Shown here: positions 9,867 to 20,027 of the stretch, one piece after another
Layout: each line of letters opens with the position of its first letter
How positions within the stretch are numbered: the stretch's first letter is position 1
Source: Bacteroidota bacterium
GTDB lineage: Bacteria > Bacteroidota > Bacteroidia > Flavobacteriales > Weeksellaceae
NCBI GenBank assembly: GCA_023399595.1
Contig: JAEWOR010000006.1
Span: 3,176-67,175 of the forward strand
DNA: 64,000 nt
Direction: 5' to 3'
The notes under the pieces: model-generated
What the model was told of the DNA's origin: nothing
The model's database searches: none
What the model saw: only the letters and a program-made list of their open reading frames with translations
Translations under genes and position numbers: made by a program

Positions 9867-11333
9867 TTATACATTTTTAAAAGAAGCAATAGTAGAATAT
9901 TTTTCTTTTTTGTAGAGTTTTACAATCATATCAAATATTTTATCTCTCAAAAAGAAACCTATTAATCCTAAAACTGCCAAACTGATAATTGCAGGTATCA
10001 TTCCTAAGAAAAACTTCGTTACACCAAAAACCATCATCGGTAAAGCCATTTGAGGTAGGACAATCAACAACATTTTAATATTGAAATTGTTTTCTCCACC
10101 CGCAAAACCTTTAGAAGTAGTATTTAAATCTATGGGTTTTTTATTGTAAGCACCCGCTAAAAGAGTAAGATATGAATTCACTCCAAGGTTATATAAACCT
10201 GCCGCTAATATGGTAAAGTAGAACTCCCAACTGTAAAAAATTCCGTAGAAAACAGCCAACACCATAGACAAAAGCGTTACCACTACAAACATCCACCATT
10301 TGGCTTTTAAATAATCTTTGTAAGGGATATTTTGCGTCATCATTAACGGATAATAAGAACTATCCCAAGCCGGAACTTTCTGACCAAACATCATATTAAA
10401 TCCGCCAGTGACAAATATTCCCAAGAAAATCTGCATAAAACTAAACTTATATCCAGAATTAAAAACAAGTAATCCATAAAATAAAAACAAAAAACCTCCT
10501 ATTAATGCAGAACGCGCAGCTTTACTTCTTCTTATCAATTTAATATCATTATTAATAAAAGTTCCTATTGCTCCATATTGATTAAGAAAATCTATGTTTT
10601 CAGTTTTCCCAACCGTTTTTTTCATTTCCAAACCTTTGTCCAAATACAAATTATTTTTAATGAAAAGAAAAGTAGCATACCCAAAACCAAAAGCCAACAA
10701 CAAAGGCAAAATTACCATCCATTTATTTTGATAAAATAGCATGAAGAAACTTTCGGAAATCTTAAGAAAATCAACCACTTTAAAGTAATGTAAAAGTCCA
10801 CAACCCAAAAATAAAGCCGCAAGAGAATATAAGATTACAGAATTCTTATTCAGAAGGGTATTGAGAAAAGCATTGAATACAATAAAGAAAAAAACAGAAC
10901 CCATCAAACATAAAATGGACACTGTAGAATAGTTCCCACTTCCAATTAATAAGACCGTAAACGGAATAATAAAAAGCAAAAACGCCCAACTGAAAAAGGA
11001 AGATAAAATTTTCAGGAAAATATAAGTTGTAATCTTATTTTTAGTGACATTTAAAGTAAGTAAAGGTTTTATATTATTCGTAGGAAGCTGCTGAATAAAG
11101 TATTTCAATGACAAATCTATCAACCAATACAGCAAAAAGAATCTACAAAAGAAAACCAAAGGCTCCTCCCCTTCTTCTTTTGCATAAAAATACAGCCCAA
11201 AAGCGCCACCAAAAAATAGGAGTCCTAAATTGAAAAAACTCAGATACATAAGTATCTTCATGGCTATTCCGGCTCCAAATTGTGAGCTTCTAAAAAAACT
11301 TTTAAATTCTAATCTGAGTATCTTTCTGAACAT
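9867..11333 (-). CDS. Multi-pass membrane protein, DUF5687-like (putative ABC permease)
   Basis: About 12 TM helices, LEFKSFFRS N-terminus, FGQKVPAWDSSYY, YLKAKW. Confidence 0.7.
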   Translation of the reverse strand: MFRKILRLEFKSFFRSSQFGAGIAMKILMYLSFFNLGLLFFGGAFGLYFYAKEEGEEPLVFFCRFFLLYWLIDLSLKYFIQQLPTNNIKPLLTLNVTKNKITTYIFLKILSSFFSWAFLLFIIPFTVLLIGSGNYSTVSILCLMGSVFFFIVFNAFLNTLLNKNSVILYSLAALFLGCGLLHYFKVVDFLKISESFFMLFYQNKWMVILPLLLAFGFGYATFLFIKNNLYLDKGLEMKKTVGKTENIDFLNQYGAIGTFINNDIKLIRRSKAARSALIGGFLFLFYGLLVFNSGYKFSFMQIFLGIFVTGGFNMMFGQKVPAWDSSYYPLMMTQNIPYKDYLKAKWWMFVVVTLLSMVLAVFYGIFYSWEFYFTILAAGLYNLGVNSYLTLLAGAYNKKPIDLNTTSKGFAGGENNFNIKMLLIVLPQMALPMMVFGVTKFFLGMIPAIISLAVLGLIGFFLRDKIFDMIVKLYKKEKYSTIASFKNV

Positions 11334-11381
11334 ACAAATGCTTTTGATAAAAATACTAAAAACATTTATATGAGAAAGTTT

Positions 11382-13031
11382 TTAATTCATGAGTTCTTTT
11401 GCTTGTTGTAAAGCGGCATCTGTAATTTTTGAACCCGATAATAATTGAGCTATTTCCTGCAGTTTTTCATCTTGGTTTAAAGAAATAATAGTAGAAATAG
11501 TTTTCCCCGCAACATCCTGTTTTATAACCTTATAATTCTGTTGTCCTTTTGCTGCTACTTGCGCCAAATGTGTAATGACAATAAGCTGTAAATTTTCGCC
11601 CATTGTTTTCATTAACTTACCCATTTCTTCGGCTACTTTACCAGAAACTCCAGTATCTATTTCATCTAAAATTAAAGTCGGAAGTTCAGAATTTTCAGCA
11701 ATAATTTTCTTAATGGCCAACATCACTCTTGATCGTTCACCACCCGAAATAGCAGATTGAATTGGCTTTAATGGAAAACCAGAATTGGCTTGAAATAAAA
11801 TAGCAATATTCTCTTTTCCAAACTTATTAAAATGAGCACTTTCTGTAAGATCTACTCCAATTTTTGCCTTTTCTAAGCCTAATTGTTTTAGTAAATCTTC
11901 CATTCTCTTTTCGAAAATAGGAATAGATTTCTTTCTATTATCTGAAAGTTTTTTAGCAAGTTTTGTGAGTTTTACTTCAATATCATTAATTTTTTGCGAA
12001 GTTTCAAGAATAAATTCATCAAGTTCTGCAAAGCCAGATTGTTCACCAGATAATTGATTTCTCAGTTCAATAAGTTCCTCAACCGTTTTTACATCATGTT
12101 TTAAAAATAAAGTATTGATTTTGTTGATTTTCAAGTTCAACTGATCCAATAAATCTTGGTTCACTTCTATTTTCTCTGCTGCATCTTGAAGTTCAAAAAG
12201 AATATCTTTAAATTCTAAGAAAAGACTCTCATAACGCTGAGAGATTTCTGAAAATTCGTGAGAAAGTTCTGCAGTCTTAGAAAGTTTTGCTCTCACCTCA
12301 TTCAAGCCGTCTAAAACGCCAATTTCCTCCTGATCCATTCTTGCAAAAGCTTGAGATAAATTCTCAGAAATAGCTCCTGCATTTTCCTGCGTTGAAAGTT
12401 GAGACTGCAAATCTTCCCAATTTACATGATCCAAATCTAAGTCCTGAAGTTCGTTAAGCAAGAAATTTTTGTATTCCGATTCTTTATTACCTTCTAAAAC
12501 TTGATTTTTAAGTTGCTCCAAATGTTTCTTCAACATTTGCCATTCAGAAAAAAGATTTTGAAATTCTAACGTAATATTTTTATTATCACTTAGTCCATCA
12601 ATAATAGCAAACTGATAGTCTTCATTCAACAAATTTGAGGTTTCAAACTGTGAATGTATATCAATAAGTTTCTCCGAAAGTTGCTTTAGAACATCTAAAG
12701 TAGTAGGGACATCATTAATAAACGCTCTGGATTTCCCAGATGTTAAAATTTCCCTTCTGATGATGGTGGGATTTTCAAAATCTAAATCATTATCCTCAAA
12801 AAAAGATTTCAAATGATCATGAATTACAAATTCAGCTTCTACAATACTTTTATTCTCGGCGTTAGAAATGGATTTTACATCCACTCTTTCGCCTAAAATT
12901 AAACGCAATGCACTCAAGATAATAGATTTACCCGCACCTGTTTCACCGGTAATTACTTGTAAACCTTCGTGCAAGTTAATTTCCAGCTGATCTATTAGCG
13001 CAAAATTTTGTATAAATATTCTTGAAAGCAT
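11382..13031 (-). CDS. recN: DNA repair protein RecN
   Basis: ITGETGAGKS, coiled coil, SGGERSR, LDEIDTGVSG, ITHLAQVAA. Confidence 0.96.
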   Translation of the reverse strand: MLSRIFIQNFALIDQLEINLHEGLQVITGETGAGKSIILSALRLILGERVDVKSISNAENKSIVEAEFVIHDHLKSFFEDNDLDFENPTIIRREILTSGKSRAFINDVPTTLDVLKQLSEKLIDIHSQFETSNLLNEDYQFAIIDGLSDNKNITLEFQNLFSEWQMLKKHLEQLKNQVLEGNKESEYKNFLLNELQDLDLDHVNWEDLQSQLSTQENAGAISENLSQAFARMDQEEIGVLDGLNEVRAKLSKTAELSHEFSEISQRYESLFLEFKDILFELQDAAEKIEVNQDLLDQLNLKINKINTLFLKHDVKTVEELIELRNQLSGEQSGFAELDEFILETSQKINDIEVKLTKLAKKLSDNRKKSIPIFEKRMEDLLKQLGLEKAKIGVDLTESAHFNKFGKENIAILFQANSGFPLKPIQSAISGGERSRVMLAIKKIIAENSELPTLILDEIDTGVSGKVAEEMGKLMKTMGENLQLIVITHLAQVAAKGQQNYKVIKQDVAGKTISTIISLNQDEKLQEIAQLLSGSKITDAALQQAKELMN

Positions 13032-13100
13032 TGATGAATAAGCAGATTTAATCTACAAAGATAAAAGTTTAGAAATGAATAAAAGAAAATTTAGGAAAGC

Positions 13101-14000
13101 TTATTTCCAATTATTCCACTTGGTATCGGTGTATTTAGGTGCGAAAATAATCATGAGTTGTTTAAGATCATTCAGATTAACACCTCCGTTATTACCACTT
13201 TTGAAAATATTGTAAATTTCATCACTTTTAGAATCTACAAACAAATTGAAAACATAACTCTGCTGGAAAGAGTTTTCATACATTTTAAGCCTCATTAAAG
13301 CTTCAAAAATAGCTTTTTTAGCAGGAGTAGGATCTTGATTGTACAAACCATCCAAACCAACTCTGTGGTAAGCGTACATACTTGCCCTAAATTGGTTCAT
13401 ATTAGAATTTAAAAGCTCATTTACTAAAGTCATTCTCGATTTTGGCCCTTCCACTTGCGCCCATCCTTCATAGCCTCTATTCTGAGCATTTGAAGCAATT
13501 GTCTGCGCTTTAGAAAACCACTGCGTTCCAGAATTTGTTTGGAAACTGTCCGCATCGTATCCTAAAATTAAATAAATATAGTAGCTGATAATATCTGTAA
13601 GATTTTTGCCAGAAAACTGTCTTTCATTGAATACTAAATTCTCATTTTCTGCGTATTCAAAGGCAAATTTAGTATCATTGAGATTGAGCATGGGAGATTC
13701 GTAGGAAGTTCCGTACACAGGACGAACAAACTGCACAACAAGGTTTCCCTTGAAGGTATTCCCATTTCTTTCGCCAATAACGATGGCAAAATTGGCTTTA
13801 ATTTTCTCAAAATTCTGAAGCTTTTTACCTGTCCAACTGGTATTATTAACAAAATCTCTGATAGATTTTTCTAAAGTTTTATACACCTGTTGGTTACTAC
13901 CCCCCAATTGCTGTGCATTTACCTGAACATTTGAAAAGATTTCTTGCGAAAATCCAAGGTTGAAGGTTAATAGTAGAAATATGTAGATAATTTTTTTCAT
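13101..14000 (-). CDS. porD: DUF4835-family secreted protein (T9SS PorD-like)
   Basis: Signal peptide, RPVYGTSYESP, LILGYDADSF, YHRVGLD. Lies between coaBC and recN, as usual in Bacteroidota. Confidence 0.7.
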   Translation of the reverse strand: MKKIIYIFLLLTFNLGFSQEIFSNVQVNAQQLGGSNQQVYKTLEKSIRDFVNNTSWTGKKLQNFEKIKANFAIVIGERNGNTFKGNLVVQFVRPVYGTSYESPMLNLNDTKFAFEYAENENLVFNERQFSGKNLTDIISYYIYLILGYDADSFQTNSGTQWFSKAQTIASNAQNRGYEGWAQVEGPKSRMTLVNELLNSNMNQFRASMYAYHRVGLDGLYNQDPTPAKKAIFEALMRLKMYENSFQQSYVFNLFVDSKSDEIYNIFKSGNNGGVNLNDLKQLMIIFAPKYTDTKWNNWK

Positions 14001-14068
14001 TAGGTATATAAAAATTGAGAACGGAAATTTATAAAATTTATTTGAATTCTTTGACTTTTAGTTAAAAT

Positions 14069-15274
14069 CTATACTGTTAAATGACTTTCAATGGTGTTGA
14101 AAATATCCTTCGCAACATTCTCTTTAGACTTTAAACTAAATTCTAATTTATCATCTTTCGTAAAAATTTTAATTTTATTGGTATCATTTTTAAAACCTGC
14201 ACCTTCGTCTCTAAGGGAATTCAAGACAATCATATCCAAATTTTTCTTTTGCAATTTCCCTTTAGCATTTTCTTCTTCATTCTGAGTTTCTAGTGCAAAT
14301 CCTACTAAAAATTGATTCTTTTTACTTTCACCCATTGTTTTTAGAATATCCGGATTTTTCACCAATTCTATAACGAGTTCATCATCATTTTTCTTAATTT
14401 TTTCTTTGGCAATTTCTTTGGGAGCATAATCTGCAACTGCAGCGCTTGCAATAGCAATATCTACATTATTGTAATATTCAAAAACTTTTGCTAACATTTC
14501 CTTTGCAGAAGTTACTCTGTGAAGTTCAATATTATCGGATTTTACATTCAAATTACTAGGTCCAGAAACCAAAATTACTTTGGCACCTCTCTTAACTGCT
14601 TCTTCCGCCAACGAGAAACCCATTTTCCCTGACGAATGATTTCCTATAAACCTTACTGGATCAATAGCTTCATAAGTGGGGCCTGCAGTAATCAAAACTG
14701 TTTTTCCTCTTAAAGATTTCGAACTAGATGTTTCATTGAAAAAACCTTCAATTGTTTTAGAAATTGTTTCTGGCTCGGCCATTCTTCCTTGTCCAACCAA
14801 TCCACTTGCCAATTCTCCATTTTCTGCCGGAATAATAATATGACCAAAATCTTGAGCTAGATCTAAGTTTTGTTGTGTTGATGGATGCTGATACATGTCT
14901 AAATCCATAGCAGGAGCTATAAAAACTGGACATTTTGCAGACATATAAGTTGCAATGGCTAGATTATCACAAATTCCATGAACCATTTTAGCTAAAGTAT
15001 TTGCGGTACAAGGCGCAACCAACATTACATCTGCCCAAAGTGCCATTTCTACATGACTGTTCCACGAACCATTATCATTATAAAACTCTGAATATACGGG
15101 ATTTTTAGAAAGCGTAGCTAAACTCAATTTGGTTACAAACTCTTCAGCATCTTTCGTCATGATTACTTGAACTTCTGCTCCCATTTTAATAAAACCTCTT
15201 ATTAAAAAATGAATTTTATAAGCAGCAATCCCTCCTGTAACCGCAATGAGAATTTTTTTCCCAATGATATTCAT
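14069..15274 (-). CDS. coaBC: Phosphopantothenoylcysteine decarboxylase/ligase
   Basis: TGGIAAYK, APAMD, TAGPTYEAIDPVRFIGNHSSGKMG, VGFALET. Confidence 0.96.
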   Translation of the reverse strand: MNIIGKKILIAVTGGIAAYKIHFLIRGFIKMGAEVQVIMTKDAEEFVTKLSLATLSKNPVYSEFYNDNGSWNSHVEMALWADVMLVAPCTANTLAKMVHGICDNLAIATYMSAKCPVFIAPAMDLDMYQHPSTQQNLDLAQDFGHIIIPAENGELASGLVGQGRMAEPETISKTIEGFFNETSSSKSLRGKTVLITAGPTYEAIDPVRFIGNHSSGKMGFSLAEEAVKRGAKVILVSGPSNLNVKSDNIELHRVTSAKEMLAKVFEYYNNVDIAIASAAVADYAPKEIAKEKIKKNDDELVIELVKNPDILKTMGESKKNQFLVGFALETQNEEENAKGKLQKKNLDMIVLNSLRDEGAGFKNDTNKIKIFTKDDKLEFSLKSKENVAKDIFNTIESHLTV

Positions 15275-15325
15275 AGTCTAAATTTTAATACTACTAAATT
15301 ACTAAAAATATTGGTCTTCCATCTT

Positions 15326-15377
15326 AAAAAAACAACGGTCATCAAAGAAAATCCTTGATGACCGCTTATTTTTTTTA
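15326..15377 (-). terminator. Intrinsic terminator after rpoZ
   Basis: CGGTCATCAA / TTGATGACCG stem flanked by A and T tracts. Confidence 0.7.
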
Positions 15378-15386
15378 AACTAAAAA

Positions 15387-15710
15387 TTAGTTTTTATCCT
15401 CTGTTTTTCTGAAGTATATTTCATCATCCAACCATTCTCTAATAGCAATAGAGGTTGGCTTTGGAAGTTTTTCGTAATGTTTAGAGATTTCGATTTGCTC
15501 TCTGTTTTCAAAAACTTCTTCTAAAGTTGAATTATGCACAGCAAACTCATCTAATTTATTATGAAGCTCAGTACGGATTTCTGCATTTATCTGCTCCGCT
15601 CTTTTACCCATAATTACAATAGCTTCATAGATAGAAGCTACTTTATCTTCAATTTTATCTTTATCGTAAGTAATAGTACTTAACTCAGCTGTAGAATCTT
15701 TTACACTCAT
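15387..15710 (-). CDS. rpoZ: RNA polymerase omega subunit
   Basis: IYEAIVIMGKRAEQIN, EVFENREQIEISKHYEKLPKP. Conserved bamD-rpoZ-coaBC order. Confidence 0.9.
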   Translation of the reverse strand: MSVKDSTAELSTITYDKDKIEDKVASIYEAIVIMGKRAEQINAEIRTELHNKLDEFAVHNSTLEEVFENREQIEISKHYEKLPKPTSIAIREWLDDEIYFRKTEDKN

Positions 15711-15751
15711 TTTCAGGAATTTATTTCTTTATAGAACTGCAAATTTACGAA

Positions 15752-16747
15752 TTATCTTTTAATCTCAAAAGTTGCTGCCGGTGGAGGTGTTTGAAGCTTT
15801 ACACTATCCCTTTGAATTTGCTGTGCTTTTTTCTCTGCATCTGCTTGGTCTTTCAACTGTTGGTCTGTTTTATTTCTTTGAGCTATTTTTTCAGCTTCTC
15901 TTTTTTGTTTGTCTGTAAGAAGCTTCAAACGCGCTTCATGATTCTTTTTTACGGTAACAAAATCCACCTTTTCTTTCTCTAGTTTTTGTCTAATATCTGT
16001 TGCGGCTTTTGCATATTCTGTATTAGGAAGTTCTTTTTCCACTTGTTTAGCAAAAGAAATCCCACTGTCAATACGCTCATCTTTAAGATCATAAACCGAT
16101 AATTTCGCCAACTCAAATCTCGACTTCAAGATATAATCATAGATTTTGGGTCTAAGTTTAGTACTTGGGAAATCGTCTAAAACATTCTGCAAAGCAACAT
16201 TTGCTGCTTTATATTCACCCATTTGGTAATATTGCTTAGCATTTTCGTAAGCTTTAACTTCCAATTTATTGCTAAGTTCTTCAATCATCTGATTAATGTT
16301 CTCTGATTTTGATGAATTAGGATAGTTATTTAAAAAGTCCTGAAGTTCATTTATCGCAGAAATTGTATTGCTCTGATCCAAATTATAGTCCATAGATCCT
16401 TCATAATAGCATAAAGCAGACATATAGGCTGCGTCTTCTTTTCTTGGATCTTGAGGATAGTTTACTGCAAAATTTTTGAATTGATGTCCTGCAAGTTTGT
16501 AGTTTTTATCATAATAATTAGCATACGCTGTATTATAATGCACTAGCGTTACCTCATCTGTTCCTGCCACTAACTTCGTCAAACGATCATATAAAGCCAA
16601 TGCATTCTTCCACTTTTTCTTAGCAAAATTATCATTTGCAGCTTTCAGAATAAAGTTTTTATCTGCACTTCTCATTGCTTTCTCTTGCTGACTAACGCAG
16701 CCAGAAAGTACCACAACCGTTAAAATACCTAAAAATATTTTTTTCAT
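15752..16747 (-). CDS. bamD: Outer-membrane assembly lipoprotein BamD, with C-terminal extension
   Basis: Lipobox LSGC, TPR repeats, LDQSNT..AINELQ.F.N.YP.S, KAYENAKQYY. Confidence 0.9.
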   Translation of the reverse strand: MKKIFLGILTVVVLSGCVSQQEKAMRSADKNFILKAANDNFAKKKWKNALALYDRLTKLVAGTDEVTLVHYNTAYANYYDKNYKLAGHQFKNFAVNYPQDPRKEDAAYMSALCYYEGSMDYNLDQSNTISAINELQDFLNNYPNSSKSENINQMIEELSNKLEVKAYENAKQYYQMGEYKAANVALQNVLDDFPSTKLRPKIYDYILKSRFELAKLSVYDLKDERIDSGISFAKQVEKELPNTEYAKAATDIRQKLEKEKVDFVTVKKNHEARLKLLTDKQKREAEKIAQRNKTDQQLKDQADAEKKAQQIQRDSVKLQTPPPAATFEIKR

Positions 16748-16857
16748 AAAAAATGTACTACGCCCAAACTCGGATTACTCAATTTTAGGACAATCAATTT
16801 GCAAAAATAAAATTTTTTTATCAATGATTCTTTTTTTATCATTATTTAACTAAATTT

Positions 16858-17484
16858 TCACTCAGAAACATATCCTAAAGTAGCAAAAACACTAAAAAGC
16901 AAATTCGTTCTTACTTTTTTTTCGGCTTGTTTCAGATAATTTACATCATCTTTATTAGCATTAATGTAAATTCGATAGAATTCTTTATTTCTAATTACAA
17001 ATAATGTAGCCCCAATAATGTTGGTGAGAATATCTTCAGATTTAGGGGCAAATGTAAATATTCCCATTGCAATTCCTTTTTTCACCACCTCATCTAATGT
17101 ATTGACGCATAATTTGTAAAAATCCAGCAATTCATCTTTCAAATGGTCTGTATATCTTAATTCTTGGGTTACAAAACCATGGAAATAACTATACTTAAAC
17201 AATTGAGAAACAATATACTTAATAATTTCTTTCATTTGCATTTCTGGCTTTCCCGACATAATGGTTGCAGCAAATTCGGAAAAATTTTTTCTAGTTTTAT
17301 GAACTCGGTATTGGTACAAATACGCCATCATTTTTTCCTTTGAACCAAAGTAATAAGAAATCATGGCAACATTTACATTGGATTTGGTGCAAATTTCTCT
17401 CACAGAAGTTCCATCATAACCTTGTTGAGCAATGAGTTCTTCGGCAACATTTAAAATATGAATTTGTTTTTCAGAAAGTTTCAT
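16858..17484 (-). CDS. TetR/AcrR-family transcriptional regulator
   Basis: GYDGTSVREI....VNVAMISYYFGSKE helix-turn-helix. Confidence 0.92.
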   Translation of the reverse strand: MKLSEKQIHILNVAEELIAQQGYDGTSVREICTKSNVNVAMISYYFGSKEKMMAYLYQYRVHKTRKNFSEFAATIMSGKPEMQMKEIIKYIVSQLFKYSYFHGFVTQELRYTDHLKDELLDFYKLCVNTLDEVVKKGIAMGIFTFAPKSEDILTNIIGATLFVIRNKEFYRIYINANKDDVNYLKQAEKKVRTNLLFSVFATLGYVSE

Positions 17485-17560
17485 ACCTAATAATTTCCCA
17501 ATAATATTTTCTTTTCAAAATTATAAACATTTGTTTAATCTATATTATTTATTTTTGAAA

Positions 17561-18187
17561 ATGTTTTTCAACTTCCATCATCATCAACCTCATCTTAAAA
17601 ACGGAATTTACAACCTTCCCTTGTTTGCTGAGCCTACTGAACACCTTTTTTCAGCGGGAATTCATCCTCAAGGTATTTTACAAAATGATGAAAAAAAAAT
17701 GCGGAATTGGCTGGAAGAAGTTTCCCAAAACAAAAATTGCTTTGCAATTGGAGAATGTGGATTAGATGGACTGCTAGAAACAGATAAAAACGTTCAAAAG
17801 GATATATTTCTCCAACAAATTTCTCTTGCCAACAAATTACAAAAACCATTAATCATACATTGTGTAAGGATGTTTTCGGAACTCATTCCACTAAGAAAAA
17901 AGAGCTCACTCCCAATGGTTATTCATGGTTTTAACAAAAAACAAAATATAGCCGAAAATTTGTTGCGAAATAATTTTTACATGAGTTTTGGAAAAGCGGT
18001 ATTCAATAATTTATCTTTGCAAAAAACTTTAGAAATAGTCCCTTTAAAAAGATTTTTTATTGAAACGGATGATGCCGATTTTAATATTGATGAACTTTAT
18101 GAAAAGGTAGCTCAACTAAAAAAAATAACAACCTCTGAATTACAACAAATAATTTCTGAGAATTTAGAAGCTTTAAAAAATGGATAA
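17561..18187 (+). CDS. tatD: TatD-family hydrolase
   Basis: FHHH, GIHP, IGECGLD, IIHCVR, IHGF, ETD. Start set at ATG 17561. Confidence 0.88.
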   Translation: MFFNFHHHQPHLKNGIYNLPLFAEPTEHLFSAGIHPQGILQNDEKKMRNWLEEVSQNKNCFAIGECGLDGLLETDKNVQKDIFLQQISLANKLQKPLIIHCVRMFSELIPLRKKSSLPMVIHGFNKKQNIAENLLRNNFYMSFGKAVFNNLSLQKTLEIVPLKRFFIETDDADFNIDELYEKVAQLKKITTSELQQIISENLEALKNG

Positions 18188-18902
18188 ATACTGGCTGGAA
18201 AGAACTGAACTTCTTATAAAAAATGAAGGATTAGAAAAGCTGAAAAACGCTTCAGTTTTGGTAGTTGGACTAGGAGGTGTTGGTTCTTTTGCTGCAGAAT
18301 TTCTGGCTAGAGCTGGCGTGGGAAAAATGACTATTGTAGATGGTGACACCGTAGATATCACCAATATCAACAGACAGCTTCCTGCATTACATTCCACAGT
18401 AGATCAGCACAAAGTAGAAGTTGTTGCTGCAAGATTATTAGATATTAACACTGAAATACAGCTCACAAAAATCAATGAATTTCTAAATCCTGAAAGAATG
18501 GATGAAATTCTGGACAGTGAAAAATTTAATTACATTTTAGATTGCATAGATAGCGTTACTCCAAAAATTACTTTAATAAAAGCTGCTAAACGAAAAAAAA
18601 TAAAAATCGTAAGTTGCATGGGAGCTGGAGGAAAGGTGGATCCAAGCAAAGTAATGGTGAGAGATATTAGCAAGACCAACAATTGTTTCTTGGCAAGAAC
18701 GGTAAGAAAAAGATTAAAAAAAGAAAAGATTAATAAAGGAATCCGCTGTGTTTTTTCAAACGAAGTTCAAAGTGAGGAAAGTTTGAAAATGACTGATGGA
18801 AGTAATTATAAAAGATCTTTTTATGGTACCATAAGCTATATTCCCGCAATGTTTGGATTGTATGCAGCTGCAGAAGTAATCAATTATTTGATCAAAGAAT
18901 AA
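18180..18902 (+). CDS. tcdA: tRNA threonylcarbamoyladenosine dehydratase (ThiF family)
   Basis: VGLGGVGSFAAEFLARAG, TNINRQL, MGAGGKVDP. Confidence 0.9.
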   Translation: MDKYWLERTELLIKNEGLEKLKNASVLVVGLGGVGSFAAEFLARAGVGKMTIVDGDTVDITNINRQLPALHSTVDQHKVEVVAARLLDINTEIQLTKINEFLNPERMDEILDSEKFNYILDCIDSVTPKITLIKAAKRKKIKIVSCMGAGGKVDPSKVMVRDISKTNNCFLARTVRKRLKKEKINKGIRCVFSNEVQSEESLKMTDGSNYKRSFYGTISYIPAMFGLYAAAEVINYLIKE

Positions 18903-19276
18903 TGGGAGATTTTTCTTATCCAAAAATTGGAAAACTTAAGCAAGAAAAGCATATTAATTTGCTTTTTAAAAAAGGCAAATGGAAAACTTCTGGAAAACTC
19001 CGAATTATTTTTATGAAGGAAAATAATGAATTCCCTTTAGATAGTAATAAAGTAGGCGTTTCGGTTTCGAAAAGATATTTTAAAAAAGCCGTTCACAGAA
19101 ACAGAATCAAAAGACTTTTACGAGAAACGTACAGACTGAACCAACCCCTATTTGAAGAAAGTTTCGGTAATAAAACAATGGCGATGTTATTTTGGGTTTC
19201 TCCTGAACTGCCACCTAATTATTCTAGTGTAGAAGCGGAATTTTTAAATTTATGTGCTTCTATCAAAAAAAGTTAA
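18902..19276 (+). CDS. rnpA: Ribonuclease P protein component
   Basis: VSVSKRYFKKAVHRNRIKRLLRE (RNR motif). Confidence 0.93.
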   Translation: MGDFSYPKIGKLKQEKHINLLFKKGKWKTSGKLRIIFMKENNEFPLDSNKVGVSVSKRYFKKAVHRNRIKRLLRETYRLNQPLFEESFGNKTMAMLFWVSPELPPNYSSVEAEFLNLCASIKKS

Positions 19277-19324
19277 CATTTTTGTAGTAATTTAGTGGTA
19301 TAAACACATTAAAAACACTACAAA

Positions 19325-19924
19325 ATGCTCGACAACATTCCTTACTTATCCTATGCAATGAGCGCCTTTGTAGGCATTGGCTTAGCTGCAGCTTCTGGAT
19401 TTAGGGTTTTCCTGCCCATGTTTGCCGTAAGTTTAGCGTCTTATATGAATTGGATTCCGATGAATGACCATTTCGAATGGCTTGCTGGTTTACCTGCATT
19501 AATCACCACTGGAATTGCTACTTTAGTAGAGATTTTAGCGTATTACATCCCTTACGTTGACAATATTTTAGATAGCATTAACATTCCATTAGCCGCCGTT
19601 GCAGGATCTGTGTTATTTGCAAGTCAGTTTGCAGATTTAGGTAGTTTTCCTCAATGGGCTTTAACATTAATTGCTGGAGGAGGAACTGCAGCAACCATTA
19701 GTTCTGGTTTTGCAGGAACGCGAGCCGCCTCAACAGCCTCCACTGGAGGATTAGGAAATTCCGTTGTTGCCACTACAGAAACCGCAGGAGCAGGAATTAT
19801 GTCTTTTTTAGCCATTGCAGTACCTTTTTTAGCAGCTATTTGCGCTATTGCCTTGGTAATTGTGGTTTGGATTTTAGGAAGAAAAATTTGGCGTAAATTT
19901 CTGAAGCAAGAAAACACCTCATAA
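19325..19924 (+). CDS. DUF4126-family membrane protein
   Basis: GIGLAAASGFR, EILAYYIPYVDNILD, R..ST.STGGLGN. Confidence 0.8.
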   Translation: MLDNIPYLSYAMSAFVGIGLAAASGFRVFLPMFAVSLASYMNWIPMNDHFEWLAGLPALITTGIATLVEILAYYIPYVDNILDSINIPLAAVAGSVLFASQFADLGSFPQWALTLIAGGGTAATISSGFAGTRAASTASTGGLGNSVVATTETAGAGIMSFLAIAVPFLAAICAIALVIVVWILGRKIWRKFLKQENTS

Positions 19925-19948
19925 AAAAGCACTATCAGAAATAGTGCT
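19923..19948 (-). terminator. Intrinsic terminator after gdhA
   Basis: AGCACTAT / ATAGTGCT stem with an A-tract on the left (U-tract on minus strand). Confidence 0.6.
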
Positions 19949-20027
19949 CCTCTCTTTCAAATTACTTTTTCTCTTTATTCCCGAGAAAGAATATAGAAAA
20001 AATCTGGCAAACACCAGACTTTATTTT

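Noticed and set aside
18902..19276. rnpA not linked to rpmH/yidC
   Set aside because: Unlinked rnpA is common in Bacteroidota.
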